51,141 bases of DNA from Candidatus Nanohalarchaeota archaeon QJJ-9. Lineage in GTDB: Archaea; Nanohalarchaeota; Nanosalinia; Nanosalinales; Nanoanaerosalinaceae. The stretch covers positions 1 through 51,141 of the forward strand of contig JALIDQ010000001.1 in the NCBI GenBank assembly GCA_022865275.1, in the 5' to 3' direction. The notes below the pieces were generated by a model. The model saw only the letters and a program-made list of their open reading frames with translations, had not been told where the DNA came from and ran no database searches. This document shows positions 25,468 through 34,543 of the stretch, in pieces (position 1 is the first letter of the stretch; each line of letters opens with the position of its first letter). A program made the position numbers and the translations under genes.

Positions 25468-28400
25468 TTACGAAGTTACGCATGCTTTTTGTGATTTTTG
25501 GGATTCTCCTGCTTCGTTGAACGCGGCTATTCTGTAACAAGCTTTTTCTCCTTGTTCTAGGTTTTTGTCTATGAAGTTTGTGTTTCTTTGGCCTGTTCCT
25601 CCTACATTGTTTGATTGGAAGCTGTGGACTTTTTTCCAGGTGCCTGAGGAGTTGGTGTAGACGTTGAATCCGTCCTCCACAACAGAAGCATCCCTAAAGG
25701 TTAGGTTTATTCCTAGACCAACCTCGAAAGTAAAAGTATCGGAAGTATAGTTTCCTTTTCCGTCTGATACGTTTACGTACCAGTTGTAGGTTGTGTTTGC
25801 TTCTAGTCCTGTCCATGAGACGCTTGCTGAACCGCTTCCATTGATTTCTGTCTGTTTGGAGCCGATTTGCTCGTTGTTGTTTGCGTTGAAGAACCATGCG
25901 TCCATCGAATCACCGTCCGCATCCGAAACATTAACATCTAGATCTGCAACAGTCGAACCAAGAACCTTCCCGCCCGAAGGAGAAGGATTGGATACTGTAG
26001 GTAGTTTATTGACGTCATTAATCATCAACTTAAAGCTATCGATACTAGGAGAATGGGAATGTCCACTATCCGTTACAGAAAGGTTTGTTTCTATTTGGTA
26101 TCTGTAGCCGCCGGATAGATTGAAATCATTGTCCTTAAATGTGTTTAATCCGTCTGAAAGGCTTACTCCATCACTCTCTGAATGACTCCAGGATTCAATA
26201 CTCCCGTCATCATCCGTATCAACACCCAACCTAACCAAAGCCTTTTCACCATTACCTATAGAAGCATTAACCTTCAAACTGTTAACCTGCTGCTCAACAG
26301 AAGTTCCTGCATCCCAGATATTAGACCTCCAAAAACCCTTCTCAGAACCTTTGAAAAACTCAATCCTACCAGTAACCATCCTACAAGTATCCCCATTAGA
26401 AACCGTATTCCACATCCTAACCGAATCAAAACTGCTTGGAACAGTTTTAGAAGTATTTGAAGAATCAAAAACATACCACTCCTCCCCATCCGCACCAACA
26501 ACAGTCCCAACATCATCCTGAGACCAATCACTCTCCGCCCAAGCACTAGAACCCTCAGATTTATCCGTAAGAACATCAAAAGACTTAACCAAATTATCAT
26601 TCTCATCAAAGAAATCTACCGCAAGACCATCAGACTGAGCTGTATTACTATCAATCCTCAAAGGAGTAGTCCTCAAATACAACCTAAACCGTTCAGCACC
26701 CTGATAAGCCCCAGGAAAACCATATTGACCCTCAAGCCAATAACGCACACCCCTATTACTACTCCCACCATCCTGATTCCAGTAAAAAGAACCAGAACCC
26801 TCCTCAAAATAATAACTATCCGTAAAATAATCACCAGCATCCACACCATTAAGATTACGTAAATCCACCGGATAATTGGACAAACCATCCTGAGAATCAT
26901 GCGGAACAACAGTAACACGATCCAACCTCAAAGAACCCGCCTCAGTAGTAGTATTCGAAAAACTACCTAAACCCCAATCACCCCCCGAAACAACCCTCCA
27001 AACCTCCCCAGTCTCAACACGAAAACCACGCTCAGAAAGAGAAACAGTATCAGAACCATCAGAAACCACCACATACCAACTATAATCCGAAAAATCCTCC
27101 AAACCACTCCAAGTAACAGAAGCAGTACCACCAGAACTTACACCAGTAACCTTCTCAATCAACGAACCATCAGAAGCATCGTAGAACGAAACATTCATAT
27201 CCTCACCCTCCCTATGCTCCAAACTAACATTCAACTCAGGACTAGAAGTCTCCAAGACCTTACCATCCGCAGGACCATAACCCGCAACATCCAACCAACC
27301 ATCACGCGTAAACAACTCAAAACCACCAACACCCGGAGAATGAGAAAAATTACCATCAGTCACAGACAAATTAAACTCAGCCTGATAACGATAACCTGAA
27401 GAAAGATCAAAATCACCGCCTCCCAAACTATTCAAACCATCAGAAACACTTACACCACCACCCTCAGAATGACTCCAGGTATCAATACTCCCGTCATCAT
27501 CCTCATCAACACCCAAACGAACCCTAACAGACTCATTCACACCAACAGAAGCATTAACCTCCAAACCATCAACCTGCTGCTTAACAGAAGTCCCAGCATC
27601 CCAAACCCTACTACTCCAAAAACCAGAATCAATAGAACTGTTCTCAAAACTATCAGGCCTAGTACGATTATACAACTGCCCAATCTCACTCTCCGACAAA
27701 GCCCGGTCGTATATGCGGACCTCATCTATTTTGCCGTTGAAATAATCTGCCCATCCATCGCCCATACCTCCTTGGTCGTTCCCTAGTGAATCATAATAGC
27801 TTCCGGTGGAAGGACTTGAGCTGAAACTTGCCACTTCTTGACTGTTTTTGTAAATCGTAAATGTGGAACCATCTTCTACTGCTGTTAAGTGAGTCCAAGT
27901 ATCAGCTGAGATAGTAGTTAAATCGCTATGGTAGTTGCCGTTTTGCCATGTTGATATGTAACCATTTGAGTTCTCTGCAATCCAGAATGGAAGGAAGCTG
28001 GCAGAGCCCCTCAAAGCTATAACTCTCTGAGAACTAGAGACAGTATCAGGATTCAACCATAAGGACACTGTCTTAGGCGAAGGATTAGGCAATAGACTTG
28101 GAAGATCTGTATAATCATCGCTTCCATCAAAACTCAGAGCGTTCCCATACATTCCGTCTGTCCAGATGGCTCCGTTGATGGTTCCGTCGTTGTTGTTTCC
28201 TGATATGTCGTATGCTGTGGTTCCTGTTCCTTCGTCCATGGACCACCATCCGACTGCATCCTTACCTGTTAGGCTGACTTGGCTGTTGTTCGCAACAGTA
28301 CGAATGTCACGACCTAGCTCCCAGTCCAACCAATCGTTTTGAGAACTAACTGTCCAGAGTTCTTTGTTCTCGGTTCTAAAGCTTCTTGGTGATAGGTTAG

Positions 28401-29574
28401 CGGTGTTAGTTCCGTCTGTGACTTTGATGTACCATGTGTAGTTTGTAAAGTCCTGCAGGCTAGACCAGGTAATAGAAGCAGTAGATCCAGAACTTACACC
28501 CGTAACTTTCTCTATTAACGAGTCGTCGGAAGCATCGTAGAACGACACGTTCATATTTTCGCTATTGTTATGTTCTAAGGTAGCATTCAATACCGGGTTA
28601 ACAGTATCCAAGACTTTACCATCTTCTGGAGATAGTGAAATATTCGACAACCATCCTTCATGGGTTTCAAGCTCGAAAGAGCTAATAGAAGGTGTATGGG
28701 AGGTGTAACCATCAGTGATACTTAGATTATACTCTATTTTATACCGGTAGCCCGGAGGTAAACCAAAATCAGAACCATCCAACATATTCGAACCATCAGA
28801 AACACTTACTCCGTCTCCTTCTGAATGGCTCCAGGAATCTATTGTACCGTCATCATCCGTATCAACACCTAAACGAACCTTAACAGACTCATTCACACCA
28901 ACAGAAGCATTAATACGGAGATAATCTATCTTTTGAAAAGATACAGCGTCTGTATCCCAGACTGGAGAAGACCATAAACCATCAGAATAGTATGAACTGG
29001 TTCTTAAATTATCAACAGAAAAATCTATAATCTGGCCACCATAATCTGATCCAACAAATTTCCCATAAAACTTAACTGTATGTGTTCCCGAATAACTAGA
29101 AATATTTACAGATACCGGGGTTTTTGTCAGTCCGTCATTAGTAGTGACCCAGACAGTACTTCCATCAATTCTTAACTGAGCCTCATCATCGGAACCGCCA
29201 TCAAGATCCCTAACATTTATATCAAAGTAAAGAGTACCGCCATCAAGATTAAAATCCTTATACATCTCCGGCTCCGGAGTATTACCTTCATCACCTCCTA
29301 AATTTAGGGCGCCAGTACCTTCAGTATACCAAGTCGAATCATTCTGAGCCTCAGGCCCGCTCCAACCACTTTCACAGGAATCTCTAGGAACTTCCAGAGT
29401 TAGAGTAGTATTATAGTTAGTCCGGTTAAAATATCCTTCCCCCCATTCAGTTTGATTGTTAACGTTCCAGTTTGTTGCTGTTACACTTGTAGAGAAAAGA
29501 GGTAGTAGTATAAGGAAGGATAATAGAAGGAACGAACTCTTCTTGCTTCCTAACTTTTTTCTTGTGCTGGCCAA
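25468..29574 (-). CDS. Giant secreted adhesin-like protein (1368 aa): signal peptide, three tandem modules of about 205 aa, LamG domain, FN3-like C-terminal module
   Basis: TTG start with AGGTGG 6 nt upstream and signal-like LLLSFLILLPLFSTSVTA. LamG-like WWSMDEGTGTTAYDISGNNNDGTINGA...IDEVRIYDRALSESEI. Repeats carry RLGVDxDDDGxIxxWSHSE. Many N-x-S/T sequons. Confidence 0.85.
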   Translation of the reverse strand: MASTRKKLGSKKSSFLLLSFLILLPLFSTSVTATNWNVNNQTEWGEGYFNRTNYNTTLTLEVPRDSCESGWSGPEAQNDSTWYTEGTGALNLGGDEGNTPEPEMYKDFNLDGGTLYFDINVRDLDGGSDDEAQLRIDGSTVWVTTNDGLTKTPVSVNISSYSGTHTVKFYGKFVGSDYGGQIIDFSVDNLRTSSYYSDGLWSSPVWDTDAVSFQKIDYLRINASVGVNESVKVRLGVDTDDDGTIDSWSHSEGDGVSVSDGSNMLDGSDFGLPPGYRYKIEYNLSITDGYTSHTPSISSFELETHEGWLSNISLSPEDGKVLDTVNPVLNATLEHNNSENMNVSFYDASDDSLIEKVTGVSSGSTASITWSSLQDFTNYTWYIKVTDGTNTANLSPRSFRTENKELWTVSSQNDWLDWELGRDIRTVANNSQVSLTGKDAVGWWSMDEGTGTTAYDISGNNNDGTINGAIWTDGMYGNALSFDGSDDYTDLPSLLPNPSPKTVSLWLNPDTVSSSQRVIALRGSASFLPFWIAENSNGYISTWQNGNYHSDLTTISADTWTHLTAVEDGSTFTIYKNSQEVASFSSSPSTGSYYDSLGNDQGGMGDGWADYFNGKIDEVRIYDRALSESEIGQLYNRTRPDSFENSSIDSGFWSSRVWDAGTSVKQQVDGLEVNASVGVNESVRVRLGVDEDDDGSIDTWSHSEGGGVSVSDGLNSLGGGDFDLSSGYRYQAEFNLSVTDGNFSHSPGVGGFELFTRDGWLDVAGYGPADGKVLETSSPELNVSLEHREGEDMNVSFYDASDGSLIEKVTGVSSGGTASVTWSGLEDFSDYSWYVVVSDGSDTVSLSERGFRVETGEVWRVVSGGDWGLGSFSNTTTEAGSLRLDRVTVVPHDSQDGLSNYPVDLRNLNGVDAGDYFTDSYYFEEGSGSFYWNQDGGSSNRGVRYWLEGQYGFPGAYQGAERFRLYLRTTPLRIDSNTAQSDGLAVDFFDENDNLVKSFDVLTDKSEGSSAWAESDWSQDDVGTVVGADGEEWYVFDSSNTSKTVPSSFDSVRMWNTVSNGDTCRMVTGRIEFFKGSEKGFWRSNIWDAGTSVEQQVNSLKVNASIGNGEKALVRLGVDTDDDGSIESWSHSESDGVSLSDGLNTFKDNDFNLSGGYRYQIETNLSVTDSGHSHSPSIDSFKLMINDVNKLPTVSNPSPSGGKVLGSTVADLDVNVSDADGDSMDAWFFNANNNEQIGSKQTEINGSGSASVSWTGLEANTTYNWYVNVSDGKGNYTSDTFTFEVGLGINLTFRDASVVEDGFNVYTNSSGTWKKVHSFQSNNVGGTGQRNTNFIDKNLEQGEKACYRIAAFNEAGESQKSQKACVTS

Positions 29575-29722
29575 GTCTTTCCACCTTATAGTTTTTTTGT
29601 AGAGGAGCAGTTGTTATACTACAAAAATACGGAGAACTAGCTATTAAATCTTTGGAAAAGGAAGGAAAAACATCTTTCCAATTTTACTGTTTTTTAACCA
29701 AATAAGCGCGAACAGTACTTTT

Positions 29723-30049
29723 TCACTTCTCCACTATCCAGACTGCTTCTTGTTCTGTTGATTCCAGTTCTTGCTTGTCGAATCCTCCGTATACCTTCCA
29801 GTCTGAGAATCCTACAAGCTTTAAAAGTAGCTCAAACTCTCGTTTAGAAACAAGCTTAGTCTTGAAGTCGTTCTCCCATACAAGCTTTCCTTCAGGACTG
29901 TAGAGGCGGTTTTTTATTCTACGTATCTGCTCCACTTCATCCACCCATTCTACCTCTACCTCCCTGCGGTAGGTTTCTCCGTCTACTTCAACCTTCTTAA
30001 CCTCCTTAAGATAGAAATCAATATCTTCCTGATCCTCACTGTGGAACAT
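29723..30049 (-). pseudogene. C-terminal fragment of a SAM-dependent methyltransferase-like gene (N-terminal SAM-binding half absent)
   Basis: The 108-aa ORF ends like class I methyltransferase C-termini (REFELLLKLVGFSDWKVYGGFD...AVWIVEK). An in-frame TAG lies 5 codons upstream of the ATG, and no GxGxG region is upstream. Confidence 0.35.
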
Positions 30050-30173
30050 ATCATAGAACTCTGCCTATCCTGGAAAAGGATCTTCTCCAGCCATAGAATC
30101 TAATCCCTCTCCTTCCTATTTAAACATTGTCCGCTCCAAAAAGTATAAGTTGCTGGACTACTAAACTGGAAGT

Positions 30174-30650
30174 ATGAGGGAACTAGGGAAGAACGGATTT
30201 GGAAAACTCCTCGCATCCATTTTTCTGACTTTAGGCACAGGCCTTTTAGCTGGTTTTCTGACCTCCACACAGACCCAGTGGTACCAAGGCTTAGTTAAGC
30301 CTTTTTTCCAGCCGCCTGGGTGGTTGTTTGGTCCTGTATGGACTGTGCTATACGTGCTTATGGGTGTGTCGCTGTATATGGTCTGGAAGGAAGGATTTAA
30401 AGGGAACAGGAACGCGATACTGGTCTTCCTAATCCAGCTTCTTCTAAACTTCACCTGGTCCATCGTATTTTTCTCCATGCAGAACCTCGTCCTGGCTTTT
30501 GTGAATATCTTAGCGTTAATTGCTGCGATAACCTTCACTTACAGAGAGTTCAGGAAGGTTTCAAGAAGAGCTGGGCAGCTTTTATTGCCTTACCTTGCGT
30601 GGGTAAGCTTTGCAACCTTGCTTAACCTCACGCTGCTCCTCTTAAACTGA
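30174..30650 (+). CDS. tspO: TspO/MBR family tryptophan-rich membrane protein
   Basis: GWLFGPVWTVLYVLMGVSLYMVW, NFTWSIVFF and LPYLAWVSFATLLN; five TM helices in about 158 aa. Confidence 0.9.
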   Translation: MRELGKNGFGKLLASIFLTLGTGLLAGFLTSTQTQWYQGLVKPFFQPPGWLFGPVWTVLYVLMGVSLYMVWKEGFKGNRNAILVFLIQLLLNFTWSIVFFSMQNLVLAFVNILALIAAITFTYREFRKVSRRAGQLLLPYLAWVSFATLLNLTLLLLN

Positions 30651-30664
30651 AGGATATATGGATT

Positions 30665-30979
30665 CTACTCCAGCTTTACAGCTGTACCGTACGCCAGGAT
30701 CTCTGAGCCTCCATTGGCAACCTGAGATGTAACAAATCTCACGTTAACCACTGCATCAGCTCCTTTATCCTTTGCCTGCTCTTCCATCCTTTCAAGAGCT
30801 TCTTCCCTTGCTTCAGTCATCAGGTCGGAGTATCCTTTCAGCTCTCCACCGAAGAAGTTTCTTATTCCCTGTATTATATCGTTTCCGACGTTTTTAGCCC
30901 TTACAGTATTCCCTTTTACAAGCCCGAGATCCTCGACGATTTTCTCACCTTCGATCTTCTCAGTGTTAGTCGTTTGCAT
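30665..30979 (-). CDS. YbjQ/UPF0145 family protein
   Basis: GGELKGYSDLMTEAREEALERMEEQAKDKGADAVVNVRF...GTAVKL. I use ATG 30979; the track start at 31051 adds an implausible hydrophobic leader. Confidence 0.8.
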   Translation of the reverse strand: MQTTNTEKIEGEKIVEDLGLVKGNTVRAKNVGNDIIQGIRNFFGGELKGYSDLMTEAREEALERMEEQAKDKGADAVVNVRFVTSQVANGGSEILAYGTAVKLE

Positions 30980-31125
30980 AGGAGGGTTTTGGTATGGAAA
31001 AGTTATAAATACGAAGAGAAGCTTCAGAAAGCACCGGATTACATGTTCCATGAAAAGTTTCTTTACAGGTCCTGGTTAGGCAGTTGCCAAACGTTTTGGA
31101 ATGATTTATTAAACAGAACCTCCTA

Positions 31126-33075
31126 ATGTATGTTATGGCTCTGAAAAAGATAGTAGCTGCTCTGTTCATAATCGGAATCGCATCAACTGCATACTTTACA
31201 GGAACAGTCCAACTTCCTGGAGGGGAAGACGATCAAATAAACCTCCAGACTTTTGAATCAGAGGAAGATTTCATAAAGTACCTTAACGAGTCAGGAGCAG
31301 CTATAGGGGGAATGGAGTCTTATGCTGCGTCTAGTCGGCTTGAAAGTCAGTCGTCCGATATTGGTGAGACTGATACATCCGGAGATAGTTCTGTTAAGCG
31401 TTATTCCGAGACCAATGTTCAGGAACAGGGAATCCAGGAGTCTGATATATTAAAGACGGACGGCGAACATTTCTACTTCTCCCCAGAGAGGCATTTCTAC
31501 GGTATAATGCCTGTAGGCTCTCCAGCCACTTTTAGAGACCATACCAGAGAGGAAAACCTCTCAATATTCAACTCCCTTCCACCAGAAAACGTTTCGGAGA
31601 AGGCGCAGATAGAAGGAACAGGCAAGCTTCTACTCAAGGACGACACGCTCGTGGTTGTTTCGAACAGAAAAATAAAAGGAATAGACGTTTCGGACCGTTC
31701 AAATCCTAAGATCTCCTGGGAATACCAGTTAAACAGCTCTGTAGTGACTTCCAGGCTCTACGATGGAGATATCTACCTTGTATTGAGGAAAAATGTATAC
31801 AAATCCGATCCCTGCCCACTCGAGATAGCCGAGGCTAAAGGACCTGTTAAGGTTCGGTGTACAGACATCTATCATCCCTCCGAGCCCGTGGAAGTCGATA
31901 CCACGTATAACATACTTAAGATGAGTACTGGAGGTGAAATTAAGGAAAAAACTTCCTTTGTAGGCTCTACAGGCAATTCAGAGGTATATATGTCTGAGGA
32001 CTCGATATACACAACCTATCTGGAGAGAAAGAGCCGTCAAGAAATTTTCTTGGACTTTATGGTATCCGATAGAGCAAAGGATATTTTTGATTCCGAACTG
32101 CACCAGAAGATGGTAGAGATAGAATCCTCTGACATGGACTCTTGGGAAAAAATGAGAAAGATGGGAGAGGCCTTTGAAAACTATACAGAAAATATGACAC
32201 GAGAGGAAAGGCAGGAGAGGTCTGAAGAGATAGAATACGCGTTTGGAAACTATACAAAAGACCATCTGAGAGAGTTCTCGGAAACAGGTATAGTCAAAGT
32301 CTCCGCTGAAAGTCTGGAAGTCGATAGTACAGGCAAGGTTCCAGGAAAAACTCTCAACCAGTTCTCTATGGACCAGTACAATGGAGACCTCCGTATAGCT
32401 ACTACAGTAGGAGCGAATCTCTTCGGAACAGGAGGCAGTACAGAGAATGACCTGTACGTTTTAGGAGACGACTTAGATATCAAAGGTTCTGTAAAAGGGA
32501 TGGGAGTAGATGAGAGGATTTATTCGGTACGTTTCATAGACGATCAGGGCTATGTTGTCACCTTTAGAAGAATCGATCCTTTCCATGTACTAGATTTATC
32601 TGAGCCGTCCGATCCTACCCTTGAAGGAGAGCTAAAGCTTCCAGGATTCTCATCGTACCTCCATCCTCTCTCAGAGGACAGGATTCTCGGTATAGGTGAG
32701 GAGGATGGTAAGGTAAAAGCAGTAGTGTTCGACGTCTCTGATCCCACGGATCCAAAGGTGGAGGACGACAGGATAATCGATTCGTACGGTTCAGAGATAT
32801 CACAGACCCATCACGCGTTTATGATAGACAGGAAGCATAAGATATTCTTCCTCCCAGCATCCAAAGGCGGGTATATCTTCTCCTACAAGGATGGATTAGA
32901 GGAAGTCAAGCGAGTGGATATAGAAGATCCATTAAGAGCTAGGTACATCAACGATTATCTCTACATCTTCTCGAACCATGAGATAGCTGTTGTAGACGAG
33001 ACAGACTGGGAAACTGTGAATACACTCCAGTTCAGGGAGGAAGAATCAGATTATGGGGAACTCCCTGTACGCTAG
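31126..33075 (+). CDS. Membrane-anchored beta-propeller domain protein (Beta_propel family)
   Basis: N-terminal anchor IVAALFIIGIASTAYF and the family signature RYSETNVQEQGIQESDILKTDGEHFYF; about 650 aa. Confidence 0.7.
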   Translation: MYVMALKKIVAALFIIGIASTAYFTGTVQLPGGEDDQINLQTFESEEDFIKYLNESGAAIGGMESYAASSRLESQSSDIGETDTSGDSSVKRYSETNVQEQGIQESDILKTDGEHFYFSPERHFYGIMPVGSPATFRDHTREENLSIFNSLPPENVSEKAQIEGTGKLLLKDDTLVVVSNRKIKGIDVSDRSNPKISWEYQLNSSVVTSRLYDGDIYLVLRKNVYKSDPCPLEIAEAKGPVKVRCTDIYHPSEPVEVDTTYNILKMSTGGEIKEKTSFVGSTGNSEVYMSEDSIYTTYLERKSRQEIFLDFMVSDRAKDIFDSELHQKMVEIESSDMDSWEKMRKMGEAFENYTENMTREERQERSEEIEYAFGNYTKDHLREFSETGIVKVSAESLEVDSTGKVPGKTLNQFSMDQYNGDLRIATTVGANLFGTGGSTENDLYVLGDDLDIKGSVKGMGVDERIYSVRFIDDQGYVVTFRRIDPFHVLDLSEPSDPTLEGELKLPGFSSYLHPLSEDRILGIGEEDGKVKAVVFDVSDPTDPKVEDDRIIDSYGSEISQTHHAFMIDRKHKIFFLPASKGGYIFSYKDGLEEVKRVDIEDPLRARYINDYLYIFSNHEIAVVDETDWETVNTLQFREEESDYGELPVR

Positions 33076-33078
33076 CTC

Positions 33079-34230
33079 TTAGAGCTGGATTTTTTTGTCC
33101 CACATCTTTTTAGCCAGATTACCCTCGTACATCATCTTTTCGACCAGCTCGTCTCCCTTTTCCTCCTTTCTCCTCTGGTGCTCCTTTAGAAACTCTCCAA
33201 GCTTTTCCCCGAGTATCTGCTTTATCTCTCCTGTAAGCATCTCTCCGTTCTCGTACTTTCTTCCTATCTCTTCAACCCTCTCGTCGTCCTGCATGAAGAG
33301 GTTGTACAACCATTGATATGCCACATCTACCGACAAATCCGCCCCTTTCTCCCTATGCTCTTCTTTGGACTGCTTTCCGCCTGAGTAGGCTTCTTGCAGT
33401 ATCTTATCCTTGGCTTCTTCAGGAGAATCGCTAAGCATCACTGCTGTCTTAGGCTTTGAGGAGGACATCTTTCCTTCAGGTCCTGTCAAAGCGGGTACGA
33501 ACTTGTTGTGAACCTGTGCAGCTTTTTTATAGCCGAACTTAGGAGCTATATCCCTCTGGATTCTCCAGTAAGGATCCTGGTCTATTCCTGCGGGAATCAG
33601 GCACCGCTTGTCCTCGAAAAATGTAGGGAGAAGCTGTAAAGCAGGGTAGAAGTTCAGGCCTATATTGGTAGAAGAGTCGAAACCGAATACAGCGCTTGCA
33701 ACAGAGTTGTTTATCTTCTCAGCTACCTTTGAAGCGGCTTTGTACATATGACCGATGTACTCAGTATTCTTGAATACAAACGTCTTGTCGGGATCAAATC
33801 CTACCGCTGCAATATCCTTTAGATTGTCCTCTGCAAACTTTTCTATATCATCGTAGTCCACATCTCTGCTCCAGAACTTTTCATCGTCTGGGAACTGGAT
33901 GTATACGTTTACATCAAACTTCTCCTGTATCCACTGAGTCATCTGGAAAGCTATAATATGGCCTATATGCATTGGACCGGATGGACCTACTCCGGTGTAT
34001 AGGAAAAAACCTTCACCGTTTTCATAATCGTCTAAGACTTTTTCAAGATCTCTATGGGAGAATACGAAATCTCTCTTCATGTAGAGGTTCTCCTCTCCGG
34101 CATCCTTGAAAAACCGTTTCTTGAGAGAGGGATTTATCCTCTTCGTTCCAAACTTTTCGATAAGCTTCTGATAGTCCACGTTTCCCTCTACATCCCAGGG
34201 AGTTACTTCAAAGCTTTCTTCTTCTGTCAT
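33079..34230 (-). CDS. trpS: Tryptophanyl-tRNA synthetase (archaeal/eukaryotic type)
   Basis: VTPWDVEGNVDYQKLIEKFGT, GPSGPMHIGHII (HIGH) and KMSSSKP (KMSKS-like); 383 aa. Confidence 0.85.
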   Translation of the reverse strand: MTEEESFEVTPWDVEGNVDYQKLIEKFGTKRINPSLKKRFFKDAGEENLYMKRDFVFSHRDLEKVLDDYENGEGFFLYTGVGPSGPMHIGHIIAFQMTQWIQEKFDVNVYIQFPDDEKFWSRDVDYDDIEKFAEDNLKDIAAVGFDPDKTFVFKNTEYIGHMYKAASKVAEKINNSVASAVFGFDSSTNIGLNFYPALQLLPTFFEDKRCLIPAGIDQDPYWRIQRDIAPKFGYKKAAQVHNKFVPALTGPEGKMSSSKPKTAVMLSDSPEEAKDKILQEAYSGGKQSKEEHREKGADLSVDVAYQWLYNLFMQDDERVEEIGRKYENGEMLTGEIKQILGEKLGEFLKEHQRRKEEKGDELVEKMMYEGNLAKKMWDKKIQL

Positions 34231-34303
34231 TGTTTTTACCTTTATAGCCTAGTTTTTAGTTTCTTGGCTAAATTAAATAAACTTCTCCCTCGGAAGACAA
34301 ACC

Positions 34304-34540
34304 ATGGTCGAAAGATGCGAAAGCTGTGGGAGGGAGATGGTCTCCGAAGAAGACCATGCTGCGGACGACCTATCCGTACCTTACTGCAGCGAATGCGCGG
34401 ACCACAAAGGAAACCTTCTATCCAGAAAAGCGGTAGAAAACAAGCTTACAGAACGTGTAATGCAGGAAAGAGAAGTTCCAAGAGAACAGGCAAGAGAGTA
34501 TGTAAAGAGAAAGATGGACGAGATGCCTGCATGGGAGTGA
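34304..34540 (+). CDS. Small zinc-ribbon protein
   Basis: CESCG ... YCSECADHKGN: two CxxC pairs resembling the putative zinc-ribbon (Zn_ribbon_2-like) family; 78 aa. Confidence 0.55.
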   Translation: MVERCESCGREMVSEEDHAADDLSVPYCSECADHKGNLLSRKAVENKLTERVMQEREVPREQAREYVKRKMDEMPAWE

Positions 34541-34543
34541 TTT

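Noticed and set aside
26182-27786. Several plus-strand ORFs (26182-26460, 27214-27399, 27469-27786) and alternative minus-frame ORFs (26274-26609, 26673-26918, 27537-27725) inside the giant gene
   Set aside because: The extreme base skew of this block removes stop codons from several frames. The products are low-complexity (Pro/Thr/Asn/Ile-rich, or Leu/Val/Arg/Met/Gly-rich in the alternative minus frames), whereas the 1368-aa frame has domain structure and a signal peptide.
25468-29574. Diversity-generating retroelement (template/variable repeat) acting on the giant adhesin
   Set aside because: No reverse transcriptase or accessory gene is present in the window. The similar DNA segments are in-frame tandem protein repeats inside one ORF, and their differences are not confined to adenine positions.
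30161-30538. 125-aa minus-strand ORF
   Set aside because: It is antisense to the clearly recognisable TspO gene.
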